Shown here one piece after another: positions 9,143 through 15,251 of a DNA stretch of 51,534 nucleotides. Under the pieces are notes generated by a model. That model made no database searches, was not told the DNA's origin, and worked only from the letters and a program-made list of their open reading frames with translations. The position numbers and the translations under genes were made by a program. How positions within the stretch are numbered: position 1 is the stretch's first letter; each line of letters starts with the position of its first letter. The stretch is from an uncultured Candidatus Saccharibacteria bacterium (lineage in GTDB: Bacteria > Patescibacteriota > Saccharimonadia > Saccharimonadales > JAGQMS01). The stretch spans positions 75,363 through 126,896 of the forward strand of contig CAZKOX010000001.1 of NCBI GenBank assembly GCA_964554485.1, given 5' to 3'.

Positions 9143-11185
9143 ATGAATACAATGAAGCTTTCAGATAGTCCCGAGGTATTAAAAGGCGTTGGTCCAGAGA
9201 CAGCCAAAAAATTAACCTCTGCCAAAATATTCACTATCGGCGATCTGTTAAATTATTGGCCCAGAAAGTATGAAGATTATTCGCAAATTGTATATATAAA
9301 GGATGTACGACCAGGCCTGGTGACCATAAAAGCCAAGATCGAAGACATTAATAGTCGATATTCTAGGCGAGGCTTGCATATCACTGAAGCAACAGCTACT
9401 GACAAGACCGGCAGTTTACACCTAACTTGGTTTAATCAACCTTATCGTTCGGCTGGCCTGAAGAGCTCGGTTGACTATTATATTTCAGGTACATTTGATC
9501 TTAATGCTCAGCGTCTGTCGATGGTTAATCCTTCTATACAGGTTGCTACCGATTTAAGTAGTGGCGGTAGAATACTGGCTGTTTATCCTGAAAATAAAAC
9601 AATAAACTCTAACCTTATAAGAAAAGCGGTGGCATCGGCTTTGCCGGTGACAAAATTAATACCAGAAACTTTACCGAAATGGCTGGTTGAAGAAGCTAAA
9701 TTAATGCCGTTAGGTCGTGCTATCGCCGCCCTTCATTCACCAGAAACGATAGATGAACTTAATGAAGCTAAGCTCCGACTCAGTTTTGAGGAGCTATTTG
9801 AACTACAGCTGGGGAGCTTACTAGCGAGCGCTGAGTTAGAACAAGAAAAAGCCAAGCCGATTGCGTTCGATGAATCTACAGCCGTGGAATTTACTAAACA
9901 TCTAAATTTCAAGTTAACAGACGACCAACGAAAAACCATCTGGCAGATATATAAAGACTTGTCTAAAGATACACCAATGAATAGGCTGGTCGAAGGTGAT
10001 GTCGGCTCTGGAAAAACAGTGGTTGCTGCTATGGCGGCAGTAATGACAATGCTTGCCGGGCATCAAGTCTTATATATGGCACCAACTGAAATTTTGGCTC
10101 GGCAACAGGCCGAAACTTTGGCTCAGGTTTTTGCGCATACAATCTGGAAAGATCAAATTGGTCTGTTGGTTGGTAGTCTAAAAACGTCGCAAAAAACAGC
10201 ACTCCACAAACGAATTGCCGATGGGTCCTGTCGGCTAGTTGTCGGCACCCATGCGCTTATTCAAGATACGGTCGCAACTGATAACGTGGCACTCGTAATA
10301 ATCGACGAGCAGCATCGCTTTGGTGTCGACCAGCGGCAGAAATTAAGATCAAAAGCCGGACTGTTTCCGCATGTTCTGTGCATGACAGCCACGCCAATTC
10401 CGCGAAGTCTTGCATTAACACTCTATGGTGAGCTCGACCTGTCAATTATTAGAGATAAGCCGCCTGGCCGAAAGTCGACAGAAACGAAGGTTGTGCCGTT
10501 TAGTGCGCGAGCCAGTTTATATCAAGATATTGATCAAGAGATTTCCAAAGGACGACAGGCATTTGTGGTCTGTCCGTTGATCAACGATTCTGACGCCCTG
10601 CAAGTTAAGGCCGCCGAATCGTTATATAAAGAACTTCAAACCAAACTTCTAAAAAACCGAAAAATTGGTATTGTTCACGGATCAATGAAGACACCAGAAA
10701 AAGAATCTGTAATGAAGGATTTTTCAGCTGGCAAAATAGATGTCCTGGTTGCTACGACTGTCATTGAGGTTGGCGTTAATGTTCCAAATGCCACAGTTAT
10801 GATTATTGAAGGCGCCGAACGTTTCGGTTTGGCGCAAATTCACCAACTGCGTGGCCGTGTTGGTCGCGCTGAGCATCAAAGCTACTGTTATCTTGTACCG
10901 AGCTTAGATATTGGCATGACGAGACGTCTGCGTGCAGTCGAAAGCACAAATGACGGCTTCAAACTAGCCGAGCTTGATCTTGAACTTCGCGGACCGGGCG
11001 CGATTTATGGTTCAAGGCAGAGTGGCTTACTTGATCTTAGAATTGCCAGCTTAAATGACCGTGATCAGGTTGAAAAAGCTCGTCATTATGCCGAGAAGTT
11101 TATTAAATCAGGCGAAAACTTGCTAAAATACAGCCAGCTAAACCGAAGAGTTGCGAACTTTCGGTCATTACAGAAACTCAATTAA
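9143..11185 (+). CDS. recG: ATP-dependent DNA helicase RecG
   Basis: Wedge/OB domain, GDVGSGKT, DEQH, MTATPIPR, QLRGRVGR. Confidence 0.97.
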   Translation: MNTMKLSDSPEVLKGVGPETAKKLTSAKIFTIGDLLNYWPRKYEDYSQIVYIKDVRPGLVTIKAKIEDINSRYSRRGLHITEATATDKTGSLHLTWFNQPYRSAGLKSSVDYYISGTFDLNAQRLSMVNPSIQVATDLSSGGRILAVYPENKTINSNLIRKAVASALPVTKLIPETLPKWLVEEAKLMPLGRAIAALHSPETIDELNEAKLRLSFEELFELQLGSLLASAELEQEKAKPIAFDESTAVEFTKHLNFKLTDDQRKTIWQIYKDLSKDTPMNRLVEGDVGSGKTVVAAMAAVMTMLAGHQVLYMAPTEILARQQAETLAQVFAHTIWKDQIGLLVGSLKTSQKTALHKRIADGSCRLVVGTHALIQDTVATDNVALVIIDEQHRFGVDQRQKLRSKAGLFPHVLCMTATPIPRSLALTLYGELDLSIIRDKPPGRKSTETKVVPFSARASLYQDIDQEISKGRQAFVVCPLINDSDALQVKAAESLYKELQTKLLKNRKIGIVHGSMKTPEKESVMKDFSAGKIDVLVATTVIEVGVNVPNATVMIIEGAERFGLAQIHQLRGRVGRAEHQSYCYLVPSLDIGMTRRLRAVESTNDGFKLAELDLELRGPGAIYGSRQSGLLDLRIASLNDRDQVEKARHYAEKFIKSGENLLKYSQLNRRVANFRSLQKLN

Positions 11186-11222
11186 TTGTTTATTTACGCT
11201 GGTTAGGTAAGAATTATAAAAT

Positions 11223-12050
11223 ATGTGGTCAGGATGGTTGCTAACTAATAAATCGGGCTCTATTTTTGGAGTCCACCAGCGCATCGACAGAGTGTCGAGG
11301 CGATATTTGGGCAGCCTAATAAAAAATCCGGCCGTCTTTCCCGACGTCAAACACATTTTGCATTTCGAAGGAAAAAACGGACCTGACGGTATAAAAGCCA
11401 AGTCGCCAGCTAACGATGAGCCTTGGCACTATTACGATCCGTTCGACCCTGAAGATTCGCTGCTTATTAAGTTAGTTACTGATCACTACAACAATCTGGT
11501 GGCAGCTTTAAGCAAACATAATATGCAAAAAGTTGCATTCGAAGCCGCCTGGTTGGCGCATGCCCTGGTAGACGGCCTAACCCCAGCGCATCATTATCCA
11601 TACGAACAAGAGCTTTCGAAATTACGGGAAGGTCGTCCTAAGGAATCTAGAGACACAATATTTAATAAAATTGTGATGCCCGGTAGCACCAAGATTAAGA
11701 TGCTAAAAAACAATTGGAAGATGTGGGGACCAAGGGGGCTTTTGGTTTCTCATGGATTCTTTGAATTCGGGGTTGCCTATATTATGGCGCCGATGCGTTT
11801 TCATCTTTGCGGTCCAACACCGTATGATCTAAAAATTGTTCGTGAAATCGGTGCGATTGAATATTTTAAGCGCGCAGCTCGTGAAGTAGCAGGGCTTGGT
11901 ATGTACGAAAAATATATAAAAACTGGTTGGACTTCAAAGCTTGCAAGGCAAACCAGAGATGAACTCGTCCCTATAATTATTAAAACCGTTACACTGACAT
12001 GGTATGAGGCGATAAACGAAGCTAGGCCAAAATTAATAAAAGAAATATAA
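11223..12050 (+). CDS. Zinc-dependent phospholipase C / S1-P1 nuclease-fold protein (putative)
   Basis: Motifs W2-S..H18, HYYDP, HALVDGLTPAH and HGFFE recapitulate the tri-zinc ligands of Bacillus PLC. Confidence 0.6.
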   Translation: MWSGWLLTNKSGSIFGVHQRIDRVSRRYLGSLIKNPAVFPDVKHILHFEGKNGPDGIKAKSPANDEPWHYYDPFDPEDSLLIKLVTDHYNNLVAALSKHNMQKVAFEAAWLAHALVDGLTPAHHYPYEQELSKLREGRPKESRDTIFNKIVMPGSTKIKMLKNNWKMWGPRGLLVSHGFFEFGVAYIMAPMRFHLCGPTPYDLKIVREIGAIEYFKRAAREVAGLGMYEKYIKTGWTSKLARQTRDELVPIIIKTVTLTWYEAINEARPKLIKEI

Positions 12051-12051
12051 G

Positions 12052-12576
12052 ATGCGAATAATCTCTGGTAACTTAGGTGGTCGAAACTTTACTGCACCGC
12101 ATGGACACAAAACTCATCCAATGAGTGAAAAGATTCGGGGAGCTATCTTTAATGCACTCGGTGATATTGACGGTCTTACTTTTTTAGATGCCTTTGGTGG
12201 AACAGGAGCAATTGGTTTTGAAGCTCTTAGCCGCGGTGCAAAATCTGTTATTGCGGTGGATATAAGCAAGGAAGCCCACGACTCTATGCAAAAGAGTATT
12301 AAGATGCTAGGGGTAGGGAATAGTTTTAAGGCTATTCGCGCCAACGTTGCTAGCTGGTGCGAGAATAATCCAGATGCAAGGTTCGACATAGTGGTAGCCG
12401 ATCCGCCATATGATGACGTACCTGAAAACATACTTAACGTGTTAAGTAATTTTGTTAAACCTGGTGGGTTATATATATTGTCGCTTCCAAAGTCCTGCGA
12501 ATTTGTGCCAAAAAATCTAGAACTTCTATCAAAAAAGATTTACGACGAAGCCACGGTCAGCTTTTATCGAGTATAG
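12052..12576 (+). CDS. rsmD: 16S rRNA m2G966 methyltransferase RsmD family
   Basis: MRIISG..G, LDAFGGTGAIGFEALSRGA, DPPY. Confidence 0.9.
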   Translation: MRIISGNLGGRNFTAPHGHKTHPMSEKIRGAIFNALGDIDGLTFLDAFGGTGAIGFEALSRGAKSVIAVDISKEAHDSMQKSIKMLGVGNSFKAIRANVASWCENNPDARFDIVVADPPYDDVPENILNVLSNFVKPGGLYILSLPKSCEFVPKNLELLSKKIYDEATVSFYRV

Positions 12577-12657
12577 GGGTCGACATTTTTAAGCGTACGA
12601 AGTAAAATAGCAAGCGTCGTTTATCCGAGTAGAAGAATCATTTACAATCAAAGATAT

Positions 12658-12796
12658 GCGCGGGTGGCGAAATGTGAAGAGTGCCGGTGGCACTATGCAA
12701 GACCGGAGCCCTGGATTGCGAATGCAACCAAGGCGAGGTGGGGGCGCGACCGATTTGGTGGCTAGCCACCAAGTAGAATCGTGCCAGACGCACTAG
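12658..12796 (+). pseudogene. 5' fragment of tRNA-Leu interrupted in the D-loop by a 111-nt structured element (copy 1)
   Basis: 12658-12674 equals the first 17 nt of the tRNA and 12786-12796 (AGACGCACTAG) equals tRNA nt 20-30; the intervening 12675-12785 replaces GT. Confidence 0.85.
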
Positions 12797-12856
12797 TAAA
12801 AAGAAATAGCGGCTGAAGTTGACGGGTGAGTAGGTATAATTAACAATCAAGAATAT

Positions 12857-12940
12857 GCGCGGGTGGCGAAATGGTAGACGCACTAGCCTTAGGAGCTAGC
12901 GAGGCAACTCATGGAGGTTCAAGTCCTCTCCCGCGCACCA
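12857..12940 (+). tRNA. tRNA-Leu(TAG)
   Basis: Acceptor GCGCGGG/CCCGCGC; D-loop GG; anticodon arm CTAGC-CTTAGGA-GCTAG; long variable arm; T-arm GGAGG-TTCAAGT-CCTCT; encoded CCA. Confidence 0.98.
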
Positions 12941-12949
12941 AAACAATAT

Positions 12950-12978
12950 GCCGACCCTTGTGGTCGGCTTGTTGCTTT
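12950..12978 (+). terminator. Intrinsic terminator after tRNA-Leu
   Basis: GCCGACC-CTTGT-GGTCGGC followed by TTGTTGCTTT. Confidence 0.7.
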
Positions 12979-12986
12979 GTAGCCGC

Positions 12987-13113
12987 AGGACTTGAACCGT
13001 AGGTGAGATGAGCCGGTGGCTCATCGCAAGGCAGCTTTTCAGATTCAAAGCTATGTTTTGAGTTTGAAAAGTGCGGGGGCGCAGAATGTGCCCAAGTCCT
13101 CTCCCGCGCACCA
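12987..13113 (+). mobile_element. Structured tRNA-associated element (copy 2) ending in a 21-nt duplication of the tRNA 3' end
   Basis: 13093-13113 equals tRNA 12920-12940; 12987-12998 is antisense to the tRNA T-arm; three internal hairpins; motifs shared with copy 1. Confidence 0.75.
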
Positions 13114-13182
13114 ACCAGTCGACTTTTAAAACCAAGTCATTATTGACTAGGGTATGTGTAAGATGAGATATAATTGCACATA

Positions 13183-13665
13183 ATGATACGCCGCACTACT
13201 GCCAGGCCTAAGATAGGCTCAGTGGCGGATAGCGCTGAGCCTGGTAGCACAGACCTTAGCCCAGTCACTGACCTTGACTCCTTCCGGAGACGAGGCCTAG
13301 AGCCGCAGTATCCACCGGATGAGCTGCTTGAGTCGGTTAAGCCAGCTACAGCATGGATGACCTACTTCGTTATAGAGCTACCGACTGCATCTGCCATCCA
13401 CCCAGCACTCTACGATTGTGTCGAAGAACTTCTCGTCGGGCGCCGTCCAGTACTTGATTGCCAGACAGAATCACTTCGTGTTGCTTGCTGGCTAGAGTCC
13501 GAGACACAGGCGACGGCCAATGAGGAGGCCTACGCGGTTGGTCAAGCAGTTGTTGATCTTCTCGGATTATCGCCGGCCTCGATAGTCGAACACGTTCATC
13601 GCTTCTGGACTCGCGCCGACGGAATGATCGACGAAGAGCTGCCGGTTTTGATTCCGTCACTCTGA
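13183..13665 (+). CDS. Hypothetical protein, high GC, probably horizontally acquired
   Basis: ORF 13174-13665 with first ATG at 13183; about 60% GC in two hand-counted 60-nt lines, visibly above the flanking core genes. Confidence 0.6.
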   Translation: MIRRTTARPKIGSVADSAEPGSTDLSPVTDLDSFRRRGLEPQYPPDELLESVKPATAWMTYFVIELPTASAIHPALYDCVEELLVGRRPVLDCQTESLRVACWLESETQATANEEAYAVGQAVVDLLGLSPASIVEHVHRFWTRADGMIDEELPVLIPSL

Positions 13666-13891
13666 CTATTCGCGAACACCCACGGCAATAGAGACAACGG
13701 CAGCCATCAGACGACCATATTAGACTAGGATGGTCAGGTAGCTGCCAACGGCGAGAAGTAGTAAAATATCTTCGGCTGGGTCAGTGGTTGTTCAGACGCT
13801 GATCAAATGAACCGGAGAGAGGCCGGGCACCCAGCCGCCTTGTAAGATGACAGGAGTAAGGTATATAGGCTTGACCTTAATAAACCCATAC

Positions 13892-14338
13892 CTATAGACC
13901 CAAAGGATGAAGAAGAATTGCGCCAACCTTGATTGCCAGATCCTGACGAGCAAGGGCGTGAAGTATTCCACTTTCCATGTCGGACACGGTCAAGCCATGA
14001 ACATCCGTCAATTCTTCTACGGTCTGATCATATGTAGCTTGATAATCTGGTGATGAGAAAACATAAAGGGCACTCAAATCATGGGCGATCCGGCATCCAC
14101 GAACCCATGTGGCCAGATTTGGGCCAACAGATTCGGGGTCTGAGACATAAAGAAAGCCGGTAGCATCCTGTATGTCGGTCCCTGGGAAATCAAACCCTCT
14201 TTCTAGCAGATGTTCAAGAATGGGTTTGCCTTCACCCGCAGCAATCTTGTCGTACAGAAATTGTGTACAACCGCGCGGATTGTGTCGTTGGAATGATGCT
14301 TCGAATTTGCTCCGGGTAATTACAGCCATCAGTGTCAT
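13892..14338 (-). CDS. Hypothetical protein
   Basis: 148-aa ORF with plausible globular composition, divergent from the WhiB-like gene. Confidence 0.6.
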   Translation of the reverse strand: MTLMAVITRSKFEASFQRHNPRGCTQFLYDKIAAGEGKPILEHLLERGFDFPGTDIQDATGFLYVSDPESVGPNLATWVRGCRIAHDLSALYVFSSPDYQATYDQTVEELTDVHGLTVSDMESGILHALARQDLAIKVGAILLHPLGL

Positions 14339-14500
14339 TATAAATTGCTTACCCTCGTTTTATGTGTTGTGGAATGCTCTACGACTGTCTAGAGCGGGGT
14401 TATCATTGGCTTGACTGTTAATAAACCACTAAGAGACCCCACTTGCCCTTGTAAACCTATGAACATGTTTTATTTCGTTAACATATATAATATGAATATT

Positions 14501-14806
14501 ATGAGCTTAGATAGTCAGCCTGATGGCTTAGGAAATAACTGGTGGGCAAATTGGGCGGCCTGCGAGCAGCCTGGTTATGTAATTGATGAAAACTTCATTG
14601 TTTCTCCAGAAGATATACTAAGATCACCAATTGATACATATCGTAGACGGAAAGCTGCAAGAGAAATATGTAATTTGTGCCCGTTTTTTGAGGAATGTGA
14701 ACAAAATGCCAAAAGTTTTAAGGGTGAAGAACATGGTCAATACGGCAGAATATACGCCGGTAGGATATCAGTTTTACTACCCTTGGTCGGTGTTGTGCGG
14801 CTTTAG
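14501..14806 (+). CDS. WhiB-like (Wbl) Fe-S transcription regulator
   Basis: W-A-A-C21-x35-C57-x2-C60-x5-C66 plus GRIYAG turn (canonical G[VI]WGG); likely start ATG 14501 within ORF 14411-14806. Confidence 0.7.
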   Translation: MSLDSQPDGLGNNWWANWAACEQPGYVIDENFIVSPEDILRSPIDTYRRRKAAREICNLCPFFEECEQNAKSFKGEEHGQYGRIYAGRISVLLPLVGVVRL

Positions 14807-14840
14807 ATACTTATAAAGAATCATAGGTTCAACTCTAACA

Positions 14841-14868
14841 TTGACAATACTGTTAAAGCTTATATAAT
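14841..14868 (+). promoter_or_regulatory. sigma70 promoter of the His leader / original hisS
   Basis: TTGACA-16nt-TATAAT. Confidence 0.75.
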
Positions 14869-14878
14869 ACTAAGCGTA

Positions 14879-14932
14879 ATGACAACTAATATCACCAGTC
14901 ATACACATCTGTCGCTCCGGTTGATCGGTTAA
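14879..14932 (+). CDS. Putative attenuator leader peptide MTTNITSHTHLSLRLIG
   Basis: 17-codon ORF right after the promoter, with His codons at positions 8 and 10, ending in the antiterminator arm. Confidence 0.6.
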   Translation: MTTNITSHTHLSLRLIG

Positions 14933-14953
14933 CTTTCGATTTATTCATATCTT

Positions 14954-14983
14954 AACGCTCCGATCTACGGAGCGTTTTTCTTT
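14954..14983 (+). terminator. Attenuator terminator
   Basis: AACGCTCCG-ATCTA-CGGAGCGTT followed by TTTCTTT. Confidence 0.85.
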
Positions 14984-15013
14984 ACAAAACAAACTAAATT
15001 ACTAAGGATGAGA

Positions 15014-15125
15014 TAAAATGAAAGCAAATATGTCACAAATTACACAAAGCTACAAAGGAACAAGAGATTTTTACCCCGAAGATAAACGCCTCCAGAAATG
15101 GATGTTTGGCGTAATGCGGTCGGCT
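15014..15125 (+). repeat. 112-bp perfect direct repeat of the hisS 5' end (left copy)
   Basis: Base-by-base identical to 18737-18848. Confidence 0.95.
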
Positions 15126-15158
15126 TGTTGTTTTGTAGCCGCAGGACTTGAACCGTAG
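15018..15158 (+). pseudogene. Truncated hisS fragment (36 HisS codons plus 10 element-derived codons)
   Basis: Same start as hisS; frame runs into element copy 3 and stops at TAG 15156-15158. Confidence 0.85.
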
Positions 15159-15177
15159 GTGAGAAGAGCCGGCGGCT
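15118..15177 (+). repeat. Partial copy 3 of the tRNA terminator arm plus structured element
   Basis: 57/60 nt identical to 12962-13021. Confidence 0.92.
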
Positions 15178-15251
15178 TACTAATGTATAGAATGTAGAAA
15201 AAATGCTAAAATTATCGTAAGAACTATGAGTTCAGATCATTTTGGGGTGAC

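Noticed and set aside
12675-13092. Structured elements as group II intron remnants (GAGCCG resembles the start of domain V)
   Set aside because: GAGCC closes a short GGT-loop hairpin instead of the ~34-nt domain V; no GTGCG 5' end, no domain VI branch and no RT ORF.
12920-13113. Prophage or genomic island bounded by attL/attR at the tRNA 3' end
   Set aside because: The repeats are only 173 bp apart and no integrase or phage gene lies in the window; at most a relic, treated instead under the element findings.
12896-13135. 79-aa minus-strand ORF and neighbouring 12638-12883 ORF
   Set aside because: They are antisense translations of the tRNA and the structured elements.
13666-13850. Hydrophobic minus-strand reading (DILLLLAVGSYLTILV*YGRLMAAVVSIAVGVRE*) suggesting a membrane-protein pseudogene
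   Set aside because: Short, two in-frame stops, no clear start or recognisable family; cannot be supported.
14411-14500. N-terminal 30 codons of the 131-aa ORF (TTG start)
   Set aside because: AT-rich, promoter-like sequence containing TATAAT at 14486-14491; the WhiB-like domain starts after ATG 14501.
14870-15017. T-box riboswitch upstream of hisS
   Set aside because: No TGGNACC(GCG) T-box motif or stem I with specifier loop, and too short; leader-peptide attenuation fits better.
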